DNA of 64,000 bases from Pseudogymnoascus verrucosus (Eukaryota): the NCBI GenBank assembly GCA_001662655.1, contig KV460258.1. One strand, given 5' to 3'. Below, one piece after another: positions 38,573 to 50,667 of the stretch (its first letter is position 1; every line of letters starts with the position of its first letter). The position numbers and the translations under genes are program-made. Below the pieces are notes generated by a model. It was not told where the DNA came from. It was given only the letters and a program-made list of their open reading frames with translations, and did not search any database.

Positions 38573-40080
38573 CTACTTTGCAAACGCATACATAGCTCCA
38601 ACTGCCCCCATTGGAATCACAACTGCTAGCATCGTTATGATATTCTTTGTCGCAACGCTTGCTCCCCGACCCACCTTCTCCAGCTTGGAAATCGCATCAA
38701 ACTCGGGCTCATACTGCATTTTGAAACTCGTCTCACCGCCAAGGCCGTGAATACCCGTAATAACCATCTCCCAAAAGCTCTTCCTGTTGTGTTGAATTCT
38801 CCACTTGTCCAAGAATGAGAAGGACCTAAAAACGTACGCAACGGTCATGAGAAGAACAACCTGCAGATATGCCTTTACATATCCAAGGTAAGAGGCTTTG
38901 GGAATGGCCAGGGCATCGCAGAGCTCTTCTCCATTGTACACGCGCGATTGAGCGTGAAGAAAATCTTTGGAGGGGTAGTGCGGAGGCTGGTCTGCCAGTG
39001 AGGTGATGATGTTGTTCGCAAGGACCTTGCTGATCTCAGTCGGCTTAACATCCGCCTCCAGGACACTATCAAAATAGGCCTTGGAAGTCACTGCCGTCTT
39101 GAACACATCAGTTGGAGTGCCCATATAGTAACCCACAAGACGCCATAGCTGGATGTAGTCTTCGATTTCCTGTTGTTTCAAGTAGATCCCCTGCGACGGC
39201 AGTGCAAGCCAGAGGGCCTGAGATGAATATGTTGCAATCGTGGCTATCGTATCCTGGTCATTGATAGGGACTCCAAAGCTTTCGACATCGTAGTATGACG
39301 GCCTAGTCTTGGCCATGCCGAGAATCCTGCTGCGAACAGAGGCGTGGAGAAGGCGCACACGCACGGAGTCAAGCCATCCCTGGCCACCTGGCTGGATAGA
39401 CTCTAACGTCTTTGTGACATTCAACAGATGCTGGGTGGTTTCGAACCTAGATAGGATATTAGCCAATATCATATGGGAACATGGATGTTGATCTTGCTTA
39501 CATTCGCTTTCGGCCAACTTTGGGGGCGAACCCTCCTGTCCTTGCCAAGGTTTCAGCAATTCGAGCAGCACCCTTGGCTAGTTAGCATATCTCTCGAGAC
39601 CACACTCATTCATCCATAGAGTATCTCACCATTCCTGCTACCAAACTTGAGAACGTTCCTCCGATGAGGAAAGCCTCTCCGTATCTGTAGAAGACCTTAG
39701 ATATGTTAGTAAGTTCCCATAGAGAAAGGATTCATGGATTTTACATCTTGTCCACGCTTAATTTGATCCCAATCAACCCAGTCTGGGATGGTATTCACCT
39801 CCTTCCAAAACTTGTTTATGACTTCGTCTTCTCCGCTCAAGGCCAGTTCCTTGACAGTCGTGAATAGATCATCCCTCGAAGCTGGTCCGGTCGTGGCCTT
39901 GCCGCTGGCAGTTTTGTGTTTTTGTATCTGCTCTAACACTTCAGAGCCAAGGGTGTCATATGTGTAAAGTAGCGGCTTGAGCTGATCTTCAGTCTGGTGA
40001 AGTTCTGTCCAGCGGAACTTATATCCCCAGCAATCGTGAAGTTCGCCGTTGACAGGGAGCGCTTTAGCAGTGTTAGACAT
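38573..40080 (-). CDS. ER-bound oxygenase MpaB / rubber-oxygenase-like (DUF2236) protein
   Basis: WGYKFRWTELH, PDWVDWDQIKRGQD|VFYRYG, RFETTQH, GWLDSVRVRLLHASVR, GVPINDQD, YIQLWRLVGYYMG, C-terminal TM. Three introns. Confidence 0.85.
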
Positions 40081-41270
40081 TTTCGTCTCTGCAGTTATCG
40101 GTGAGTATCAAATAGCAATAGAATAAAAATATTTGAAATGATAATGATGATGATGGCGATGTTAAACCAGAGTTGCCAGTCCAGGGAAAGTGATATAATA
40201 TAGGACTTGGGGTAAATGCATGTGGCAATGGCTCGCCGAGGGCCGCATTTAATAAACACTATGCTATGGAGTCAGATGCGACATGATGAAATTGCGGGGT
40301 AATTCAAACTATACTTGGATTATCGTATTGAACAATTGACACGAAATCTAGGAGTACGTTGTGTGGGGTGGTATGAATATGAGAGTGCCAAGCCTTGACT
40401 CTTTGATACGGAGTCAATTGTGCAAGAGTTATGCATGACGAATATAAATATGCATACAACGAGCTCACAAAATCGTCATTTCACGGCAATCAACTATAAA
40501 TAAAGTTTGACTACCGAAATTGCTTGACGTTCCATTACAGAGTCCGGTATGAGTAGACATGTGCTCGAGTATATTTATTCTCGAGTACAAATATGCTCGT
40601 AATCTTCGTAATTCTGATATACTCAGACATGTGCTAGAGACCATACCAGTAACAACACAGGCAACGTAGATGAGGGGGGAATGAGAAGTTAGAGGGATAG
40701 AGGCTATATACCTTCTATATCCATTTAGTTGCTTTACTATGCTATTATATGTTTATAACAGGTACGTTTTATATTGAAAAAGTCACATGATAAGTATATT
40801 TACATATAAAATAGGTGTAAAGGTACTTTTTAGGCTATGTGGCTCCAGTGTGCCAAGAAACTGTTGGCACTTTTAGAGCTCAACGGAAACCACGGTCCGA
40901 TCTGGAGTGATGGACCCAAGCCGACCCGTGGTCTGGTCTGGGGTCGGTCCGACGGGTTCGGTCCCCCATGACGCAGCCTACTTAATGCATACATGTAGTA
41001 CTCTTAAACTTTATTCTACAACTTTAGTCTTGTAGTGGTGTTTTTGCTGCTAAACAGCATCTTTCAGCGATGGTTTGTGTTACGTTACGTCATCACACAA
41101 TCGTCAGGGTAATCTCCACCAAAAATTCAAAATGAAGATTTATATGGTATCTTGATGTCTATCTTCCTCTTCAGTCATGTCCTGAAAGGAAGTCCACCAC
41201 CATAGGAGAGCCACAATTGTCTGACCTGGGATCGAGCAGTCAGCAAAGAACTTCAACCCCAGCCGCCTCA

Positions 41271-43265
41271 ATGGAGGAGTCAGGGCTAGGACTATTATCG
41301 CCACTTCGCTTTGCTGCAGGAACGGCATTGCTCGTCGCTCTACAGCAATGGCCGCGGCGATGGCTGCTTTCTGGTGCCCCAGTTCTTCAATTCTTTATTC
41401 TCCATGGAAACTCTCGAGGCCACCGCATCCTGCCTTTGACCGGTCTATGGCCGATGTTTACAACATTGCATCTGATCTACGCCATTGCCTCGACGTCTTG
41501 GCTTCTATACTGGGTCTTTGCTCTGCTTTGCTACCAGTGCATATTTCTCACGTGCCTTTTGCAGTACCAGGTGGTTGGAGATTTTGTTAGGAAGAAATCG
41601 AGGTTTTTGCTGAAGCAACTACATTTCATTGATGATAAGATCGCATTCTTCAATATTCCAGCTTTAGAGATCGACACGGACGTTGATGGACTTATGGTTT
41701 TGCGAGGCATCACGTTTTCACTATCGACCCTGAGTTTTACCGTTCATGGTGTCGAGGTTGGGATCAAGCTGTCCGACGATATGGAGTTGGCAATCCAAAC
41801 AGAGAAGGTTACTGTCTCGCTGTTTAGGAGGATTGACATCGGAGACTGCTTTGCGAATGTGAAAGGTGGTCAATATGAAATGACTTTTGGCTGCATACCG
41901 GGAAATACGCATGATGCACAGGGAAATGCTATTTTCGTCGAGGATACTCCTCTACTTAGAGCTGCATCTCAAAGTGGGGGCTGGAGAGGGCGTTCTATAA
42001 CTAAGATGACCAAGGACTTGACTAACAACCATGCGCCGGACGATGCATCTATCGGATCTGGCTTCGAGTCCATGGAAAAGTTACCTCTCGACAATGAAGA
42101 AGCCGCGGAACGTTACCGCAAAGTCTTACAATTTATCCGAGAGACAAGCTCAGTTCAGGAATCTCGGGCATATATCCACAAACTTAGCACAACGTCCAAC
42201 AGGTATACTGAAAAGGGTTGCGATATTATTGACGCGAATGCTCTTCGAGCATCCATCTGTTCAGAGCTTCACCAAATGCCATCTGTTCCCCATCCACCGA
42301 GGAGGTCTATTAAGGTTACAACCCTACAAAACAGTCTTCCGCCACCCGCCAGGAGATTCCTGCATAGACTTCCTTTGCTTTTACGTTCCCTTCTCAATAT
42401 TTTAAGTTACTTTCACCCTGTCACAATTTCGTCCATCACCGCAACCGCTTCAGGGAGGTGGATTAGTGCGATGCTCGAAAAGGAGATATTCCAAGGCTAT
42501 TGGGAACATGACAACGAAATTAGAAATCTTAAAGAGCGCATTTCCCTCTGGCTCACCGACGCGAATTTCACCGTCGAACTCGGCAGCTTCACTGGGCTGG
42601 CTCAGGTCCCTATTATGTCGTCCTATGACATTATATGTCAGCTAGATTTCAAGGACCTCATGGCCTATCGCACATTACCAAGAGAGGCGAATCTGAATCG
42701 AGTCATTCAACTCGGAGGTGCAGATGCTACGTTCAACGTTCCATCGTTCTTACTTCCACATCACGAGCATATTATACCCCCTATTTCGTCAAATAAAGAG
42801 AGGTATGACTTAAAAACAAACATCGATTACGCAAGTAGCAAGCCGAAAAGGGTCCAGGGAGAATATGATCTCGAACAAGCCCACAGAGATGAGGCGAACG
42901 TTAAGCTTTCTGCGCGCGTCCGCTTACCTGCAGTCTTTGATCAAGAGCTGCTCGACTGCATTGCAGCGCTGGTGAAGGTTACCAAAGTAATTGAAATGGA
43001 AAGTGAGCGTACTGGGATGGACAACGAGGTGTCAGGACTAAAAGACTTCACGAAGGCTCTGAATAGGTCTGCGAAAGAGGGCTTCAAGAAGGCAGTAGTG
43101 AGTGGGGTGGTTAACGATCGGTGGATAGCAAGATTGGTGGGGAAGATTACAAAGAAGCTGGAGACTGCCCACGGTGATGTGGGCTATTCGACTGGTATTC
43201 CTGTAGCGCTGGGAAGCTATAGGAAACCATACTTAGAAACAGAAGGAGACAAGTTATTGCCATAG
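41271..43265 (+). CDS. Uncharacterised fungal membrane-anchored protein (~664 aa, single exon)
   Basis: Long open frame with an N-terminal hydrophobic helix cluster followed by a beta-strand-rich region (IPALEIDTDVDGLMVLRGITFSLSTLSFTVHGVEVGIKL). No function recognised. Confidence 0.75.
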   Translation: MEESGLGLLSPLRFAAGTALLVALQQWPRRWLLSGAPVLQFFILHGNSRGHRILPLTGLWPMFTTLHLIYAIASTSWLLYWVFALLCYQCIFLTCLLQYQVVGDFVRKKSRFLLKQLHFIDDKIAFFNIPALEIDTDVDGLMVLRGITFSLSTLSFTVHGVEVGIKLSDDMELAIQTEKVTVSLFRRIDIGDCFANVKGGQYEMTFGCIPGNTHDAQGNAIFVEDTPLLRAASQSGGWRGRSITKMTKDLTNNHAPDDASIGSGFESMEKLPLDNEEAAERYRKVLQFIRETSSVQESRAYIHKLSTTSNRYTEKGCDIIDANALRASICSELHQMPSVPHPPRRSIKVTTLQNSLPPPARRFLHRLPLLLRSLLNILSYFHPVTISSITATASGRWISAMLEKEIFQGYWEHDNEIRNLKERISLWLTDANFTVELGSFTGLAQVPIMSSYDIICQLDFKDLMAYRTLPREANLNRVIQLGGADATFNVPSFLLPHHEHIIPPISSNKERYDLKTNIDYASSKPKRVQGEYDLEQAHRDEANVKLSARVRLPAVFDQELLDCIAALVKVTKVIEMESERTGMDNEVSGLKDFTKALNRSAKEGFKKAVVSGVVNDRWIARLVGKITKKLETAHGDVGYSTGIPVALGSYRKPYLETEGDKLLP

Positions 43266-43728
43266 AGAGCCTATCTCGTAGTGGCGTTTGGGCTGATGAA
43301 TTCAGTGGAGTATGGCGCTGCTTTATGTCACCAGCCGTGTATCGCACCTGGTGAAGTTCTTCATCGCGGAGGTAGTAAGATGGCTCTAACTGGCCACTGG
43401 TAAAAGTGGGTCTGGTGCTGGATAATCCCTGCACGTACAGCATTAACAGACCTGTCAGCACAACCAACGAGTAGAGAGTTGGATGAGGATGGGCCACGTC
43501 ACCTTGGGAGACCAGTCGTCGTCTTTCATATCACACTTTCGTTGCACGTCAAAATCAAAAAGATTTTAATATTGGGCGAGGAGTCACCTAATAACTTGAA
43601 GTCTGACTCTTCAGACCTACGTCTTCGTATTCAAACTGCTTTGTTCATCTCCTCCTACCAGGTCGAAGAAGATTCAGGCTACCATCCAAAGAAATAATTC
43701 CACACAAGAAAAATAACCTCATTCGAGC

Positions 43729-45582
43729 ATGGACGACCAACTTCCACCGCCACCGTATTCTGTTCACAACCCTCACGATACGTCAAGCCAAATTTTAGCG
43801 GACTCAGTAGGCTTGGTTCCGCAAGAAAGCAATGACTTGAGCGCATCATCGATAGGAGCAAATTCCCATTTTGCTTCAAGGCCTCCAGATCAGACACCTC
43901 CAAGTAGGATCATTTCCCATCGAATAGTACTCGAACCTGACTCAAGCCGGGACGAGATTGAACTCCCCCCACTGTTCTCGGAGCGCGGCGTTGATGAACA
44001 GGACTGGTTCACTTTTTGCAACCATCTCTTTCCAGACCATGTCTTAGCTGGGAATAATCAGAAAGGGGGCACATCATATGAGTTAGATGAGAAACAGCCA
44101 CTTTATCCATCCAGCAAAAACGCCAACGGCCTTGGTAATCTAGGATTATCAAATTCTACAACAGGGCCAAAGGACGGAGACTCTGAGAAAGATTACGTGC
44201 GCCGGTCAAACATTCACAAGGTAGTCAAAGAGTGGAATTCTGGATTCTTCGAACCCCGAGGTCTGTTGGTGATTGCAAAAACTTCCGTCCCGTTATCATC
44301 CAAGCTTGGAGATCTCAATTCGCGTTCTATATTTGGAGGAACGATTATTGCCAAAGCTGCTGCCAGAGGAGATTTTAAAGTGGTCGAGGGCCTTCTCCTG
44401 CAAGGTGCTGACCCTGACTCGTCCGCCTTGTATGACGCGGCAGCCAACAGACATCCTTCGGTAGTAAATCTACTGATCCAACATGGCGCAAAGGTAGATA
44501 CGAAACCTTCAACCACTCACCTGGTCGCCTCGCAGGGCAATGCGCGGACACTTGCAACTCTGCTGAAGTATGGTGCCAACCCCAACCACAAGAACTGGAC
44601 TGGAAATTCTCCTCTATTTGACGCTGCAGGCCGTGGCGACATTCCAGTATTAAAGCTTCTTCTTGCCTATGGGGCAAATCCAAATTATGCCAATACAGGA
44701 GGGCATTCCGCTTTATACTATGCCATCCAGAGGCGCGATACTACTGTGATCCAACTGCTCCTCGACTATGAGGCGGATCCGAACTACCGACCCTGGACTG
44801 GGCAGCCATGTGTCCATCTTGCTGCAGCACAAGGCGACATGAATACCGTACAGGCCCTAATTTCCAAAGGTGCCGACATTAATGCGACCCCTACCATGGG
44901 CGAAACTGCCCTCGGCTCAGCTATCTATCGTGATAATCTTGAAATGGTACACCTCTTACTGGATAACGGTGCCGATGTGAACATAAAGCCTCTAACTGGA
45001 CAGTCGCCACTGTTTCTCGTGGCTAGTAGAGGAGAAGTGGTGTTGCTGCGGCTACTCTTAGAAAAGGGTGCGAACCTGGATGAGTCGCCGCCTGGGTTTC
45101 CTAGTGCGTTATATATGGCGATACACCGGGAGGATCTTGAAACTGCCAAGGTCCTACTTGAATTTGGAGCCAACGCAAGCACTGGTAACTCACTCAATGT
45201 TGCCGTCGATCATAGTAATGTGAATGCAGTAAAACTGCTTCTGGATCACGGTGCGGACCCGAATTCAAAACCTCCCGGAGGGCAGACGCCTTTGTACAGT
45301 TCTGCTGCCAAAGGAGATACGGTGTCGATGGAGCTGCTCTTGAAGAAAGGTGCCAAGGTCGATTGGACGCCGGCTGGGTTTCCGACCGCGCTCTACATGG
45401 CTGTGGCCAGGGAAGATCCAAAAGTGGCCAGGATTTTATTGAGTTACGGAGCTGACGTAAATGCAACGGTGGCGGGATTCGGTACTGTTTTAGATCGTGT
45501 GATGAAGAGTGGAAGTGAAGAAATCAGGCAGTTATTATCACTGGATAAGAGTAACTACTATCCGTTTGATAAGGAGGGCTGA
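43729..45582 (+). CDS. Ankyrin-repeat protein (about 12 repeats) with N-terminal PPPY motif
   Basis: Repeated G.SPL..AA..G....V.LLL..GAD.N units from residue ~205; N-terminus MDDQLPPPPYS and DWFTFCNHL...EWNSGFFEPRGL. Confidence 0.9.
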   Translation: MDDQLPPPPYSVHNPHDTSSQILADSVGLVPQESNDLSASSIGANSHFASRPPDQTPPSRIISHRIVLEPDSSRDEIELPPLFSERGVDEQDWFTFCNHLFPDHVLAGNNQKGGTSYELDEKQPLYPSSKNANGLGNLGLSNSTTGPKDGDSEKDYVRRSNIHKVVKEWNSGFFEPRGLLVIAKTSVPLSSKLGDLNSRSIFGGTIIAKAAARGDFKVVEGLLLQGADPDSSALYDAAANRHPSVVNLLIQHGAKVDTKPSTTHLVASQGNARTLATLLKYGANPNHKNWTGNSPLFDAAGRGDIPVLKLLLAYGANPNYANTGGHSALYYAIQRRDTTVIQLLLDYEADPNYRPWTGQPCVHLAAAQGDMNTVQALISKGADINATPTMGETALGSAIYRDNLEMVHLLLDNGADVNIKPLTGQSPLFLVASRGEVVLLRLLLEKGANLDESPPGFPSALYMAIHREDLETAKVLLEFGANASTGNSLNVAVDHSNVNAVKLLLDHGADPNSKPPGGQTPLYSSAAKGDTVSMELLLKKGAKVDWTPAGFPTALYMAVAREDPKVARILLSYGADVNATVAGFGTVLDRVMKSGSEEIRQLLSLDKSNYYPFDKEG

Positions 45583-46500
45583 GATGTTATTGGGAAATTT
45601 TAGGGGAGATATACTATTGGGATTTTCCCGGGAACACACTAAGGGGCAGGGGACGTCTCAAAAACGACGATTGCCCAGGCTCTTAAACCGCACGATAATA
45701 CAACATATTCTACATATGACCATACACGCAAGAGACAGGCATCTCGTCCGCTCTGCCTGCCATACACATGGATGAGTGATACTAAGAACTCCTTGGCACT
45801 ATCATCCTCACCCATGCCAACGGATGGAAGTAGAGAGGAAGCCGCGTACTATGGTCTCTCAAAGGCGCTTGGTCTACCATTTTCGAAGAGTATACGAGAT
45901 CTCTCCGCCTGAAAAGGCGACAACAACGGCTGCAAGGATGTGCTTCACGCCATCAGACTCCGTACCACCACGCCACATTAGACGCATGTGTCTCAAAGCG
46001 TCCTGAATTACCCACCTATTAAGGTTTACATTGCGCCTTACATGTGGCTGTCAGTTTGGGTGACAACCAGCTTACAATGATAATTGTAAGCTTCTTGTAA
46101 GCTACTTTCCGACAATCTTAAATTTTCTTGACAGGTCGATAGTCTTAATTCCGCTCTCACAAAATGTCACCCCCACGCCCAGCCCTTACTATCCCTTCAT
46201 AAATCCCTAGGGAACCTCACCTATCACGACAATCCCCACTTCAATCACGACTTTAATCACAACATCACTTCAAACTGTAATATCGGCATAACATTCCCCA
46301 ACGCTGTTATCATTTTAATGTGCGGGGTAAGGGAGCATATAGGTAGGGATTGTTGGATGTTGTAATTATTATCTTTTTTGTGGTATTTATTATGGTTTAA
46401 TTCCTGGTTTCTGGGTGGTTTCGAGGTTGAGAGGCATCATATATTTACATGCACATGTAATCTAGAAGCTAGCATCTACATTACTGAACTAATTTTTAAA

Positions 46501-48160
46501 ATGTCTTCCTCGGACCCAGAGAAACATGTTGTCCAAAGCCCAGTTCAGCTAGCTTCAAACAGTCTTGACGAAATATCAGCAGCAACCAAACATCGAGATG
46601 ACAACTATGAACTGTACAAAGCCTCGCGAGATCTCGAAACCGACCCCGCAGAAGCCAAACGAGTTCTTCGAAAAGTCGACTACAGAATCGTCCCAATCCT
46701 GGTCATAACATACATGCTGCAATACCTCGACAAAAACTCCATCAACTTCGCTAGTGTCTACGGCCTCAAAGACGGAACTCATTTAGAGGGACAAGACTAC
46801 GCCTGGCTTGGTAACTTCCCCCTCTCCTCTCCTCACCCAGCTTTGAACTTACAAAATCAAAAGGCTCAATATTCTACTTCGGCTACCTCTTCTCCCAATT
46901 CCCCTCCGGCTACCTCCTCCAACGCCTCCCGATAGGGAAATTCCTATCCATTGCTACAATATGCTGGGGCATAATCCTCATCACCACCCCCGCCTGCAGC
47001 AGTTTTGCGGGCATGGCAACAAACCGTTTCCTTCTTGGTGCGCTTGAAGCAACCGTTAACCCAGGCTTCGTCCTCATGATGAGCATCTGGTATACATCTG
47101 CAGAGCAACCGCTTCGCCTGGAAATATACTACTCCACAAATGGCGTGGCGACCATGTTTGGCGGTCTGATCGGGTACGCAGTCGGCCATATCAAGAGTGG
47201 GCTGCAGAAGTGGATGTACGTGTTCCTAATCTTCGGGTCTATATCGATCGTGTGGGGCGTTGTTTCTCTCCTCGTCCTGCCAGATCTACCAAGCACAGCA
47301 AAATTCCTCACAGAACGTGAACGTCTTATTGCCGTCAACCGCGTCGCTGCGAACCGCCAGGGCGTCAAGAACCACCATTTCTCTCGCCACCAAGCCATCC
47401 AGACATTCCAGGATCCGAAGACTTACATTCTGTTTGTTATGGCCGTCGGCGCACAGGTCCCTAATTCCGCTCTTACATCCTTCACAAGTATTGTTGTCGG
47501 CTCGTTCGGTTTTGATACCCTCGGGACACAATACCTTCAAATCCCCGGCGGAGCAATCCAATTTGTGGCGTTGATTACTGGAGGATATATCTGTACTCGG
47601 TGGCCGACCAACACCCGCTGTGCGACAATGGTTGTGGCAAACACGATTTGCATCATCGGCGCTGGACTACTAGTAGGACTTCCAAGCGATAATAAATGGG
47701 GGCGTCTGGTTGCGTTGTGGTTATGCTATTTTCAGAGTTTGGGATTTAGTCTTAGTCTCACAATGGTGAGTAGCAATGTGGCTGGGTATACCAAGAAGCA
47801 GCTTACGGGGGCTATTTTGTTTACTGGGTATTGTGTTGGGAATATCATCGGCCCACAGACATTCATTGACGCCGAAAAACGTAAGTCTCTCTATTCCCCC
47901 CTTTCCCCCCTAATCACCGACTAACATCCACCTTCCTAGCCGGATACCATAGCGCCTATATAGCGATGCTCGTTGGGTACAGTGTTAAGCTCTCCATGGT
48001 CTTCTTATTGTACGCATATATGTATACCAGCAATAAGAAAAGGGACCAGGAACAAGCGGAGCGGGGTGCGGCGAGTGATGACGAAGAAAGGGAGGCTATT
48101 GAGAGAGGGATGCTGGATGTCACCGAGTTGGATAATAGAGGGTTTAGGTATATTCTGTAG
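46501..48160 (+). CDS. MFS allantoate/ureidosuccinate permease family (Dal5-like, ACS)
   Basis: VLRKVDYRIVP, LQYLDK, YAWL|GSIFYFGYL, RFLLGALEA, WYT..EQP.R, LPDLPSTAKFL, SNVAGYTKK, YCVGNIIGPQTF, DVTELDNRGFRYIL. Two introns. Confidence 0.9.
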
Positions 48161-48445
48161 GGCATAAGTGGAATGGAGGTGAAATGCTAGGGGAGGTCAG
48201 GACTGTCATTGTTTATTCGAGAGTGTTTTTAGGAACCGACTTATACCCTTTCAAGCATCTGACTTTACAAGCAATACAGGTCTCCTGGTGGGGCATTCTC
48301 CCTTATGGTGAATCAAAATATATATGTAGGCACGAATGTACAATTGTAATCATGGTTAACTATCTATGCATGACATTAGCGGATTTCAATGATAGCATCA
48401 GAGTCCTGGAGTGCTATACTAATTCTAGCAAGTAATACCAGGTGT

Positions 48446-49668
48446 TCATTCCGGTACACAGTCGACCTCTGGGCTCGGTGTACATGTTATTGCACAGGTG
48501 ATCTCCGGATACCCCTCGTTATGGCATTTAAGCAACTTACTCTCCTTCCCCGTGAACAAAAACTTGAAAAAGTCTGTCACAACAACCCGTAGGACTTCGG
48601 TAACCCTTTTCCCATCAAGATGGCTCACAACTTGACTTTCATTCCCCGAATTCCCCTGTCCCCAGAGATTAACCAATAGCGCGAGATCACCAAACGTCGA
48701 GTGCGTTGTACCATTAAACGATAACTCCTCGTGCCAACCACGGAGCAGTGGCCACATCTGGCTTAGACTCTCGCTGTTAAAGTGCGTATGAGTTCCGTGG
48801 TCAAACTGGAGGAATGGTTTGCCATTTCCTACGAGGGTGACAGGTTCGGTGACGTCTCCGTCAAGGTTGAGGCCACCGATGAGACGAGGCTCAGAAATTA
48901 AGGCATTTGCTGCTGCTGCACCTCCAGCAGAGTGCCTGTAGACAATTAACCTCCAAGTCTGTGGTTTATGAGTTTGGGGGATGCTTACCCATACATGCCA
49001 ACCTTTGACGTATCAATATCATACGGCACAAGTTTTCTTGCAATCTTCTTGTCGCTTAGCTGGTTCAAGACGAAAGACACGTCCTCAACCCGGATCTCCA
49101 CAAGTTCTGCATCGGTGAGATTGGTTTCATGATCAGTTGTAATGACTTCCCCATTTGGATACTGTATGATATCTGCATCATATGGATGATCGATTGTAAC
49201 TACCACATACCCAGCCTTAGCAACTGCCTGGGCAAGAGCTCCGTACAAGAGCCTCGTGCGCTCGTATCCAGGTGAGAAAATAAGGAGAGGATATTCGTTG
49301 TGATGCTTTCCTCCAGAGCATGTGTGATACATCTGGCTCTTGAAAGCAGCATAGTCAATTTTTGCTAGGACGCCGTAGAGCTCGAAATATTTGTTTTCAA
49401 AGTCGGAGACGATTTGGGGGACATATTCGGAGAGATATCCGCCGGAGCAGGGAGCGTAGCCGACAGGATAGAATACTGATATGGGCAGGGCGCGGGGCCT
49501 GGTGTCGTTTGCCCAGCTCGGGCGAGAGTGATCAGTCAGTACGGCGGTAGCAGTGCCCAGTTGGAGGGGTCCTCCAGGGATTGGAAGGACTACATTTTTG
49601 GCAAAGATAGCTGGGAGGGTGCCTAGGGTAGCTATGGTTTGAAGGGCGAAGTACGCTGATGCATGCAT
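48446..49668 (-). CDS. Secreted PAF-acetylhydrolase-like alpha/beta hydrolase
   Basis: Signal peptide; R.LPISVFYP, YPLLIFSPG, GYVVVTIDHPYDA, RVEDVSFVLNQL, GMYG|HSAGGA (GxSxG), GGLNLDG, GTTHSTFGD. Intron about 48937-48988. Confidence 0.85.
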
Positions 49669-50667
49669 TGTGATAATATATTGCTTGTGGCTAAGTTCCA
49701 GGCGACAAGTGAACTACTTGCTTGGCTAGGAAAAGAATCAACATGGGAACTTTCCTGCGTCTTATAGATAGACTCCAGATACTTGGTTCGGCATCCTAGA
49801 CTCGGTCTCCATCCTATATATGCGGGTCAGCTAAGCGATTGTCGTATCATCATCTGTGTGACAACAACCCCAGCAGGTAGTTGACTTTGAGAAACGAAGC
49901 ATCGCCGCGGAAATCTATACCAAACCCAAAAAGCTTGATTTGAACGCCTAATCCATACTATAGACTTGAAATAATTGCTCGATCTGACTCTTTGTATTGC
50001 GCGTTCAAGGGGACAATACACTGCTTCTCACTTCGGGCAGGTTGCATACGCAGGATTCAAGGCTAAATCTAGAATAGGTAGGTGACAACAGCAAGAAGAA
50101 TGCTGATTTCAGCTCCCATTTGTTGCTACTTTACGAAGCCCCGAACAAAGGAGCCGTATGTTTGTGCAGTCACTCCAGTTGCCAGATAAATGCCAGCAAA
50201 ATAGCCCAGAACACAACTCAAATAAACTTAGGCCCCATAGCATTCGTCTATAAAACCCAAGAAGCGGTTTGTGAGCGAGCATTTCTGGCTGTTATCGTCT
50301 GTTAAACCCGTATTATAGACCCCGTGTCTAAAAGCTATTGGCAAACTCGAATGATTTTTTGGAAGAATCACTTACCAAGGGTGAAGTCGAGGGATAATTG
50401 AAGACAAGCAAGGATCTAGTAATGAAGCATCCTCCTGCAAGTTAAACATCCACGTGATCATTACTATTTAATTGGTAAGAAGTACGAAGTTGTGTACTAA
50501 GCTGTGGGAGGTATGGGGTTTGTATCATTTTGGTGGTGGAGGGGTAGGTCAGAACTTAAAATCCTTCGGGTCAGAGCTGAGTAATTGACAACTGTGCCGA
50601 GAGTACCCCTCAAGGCCACCCACCCATCACCGACCAACTCAACTCACAAAGAACCACAACACGCACC

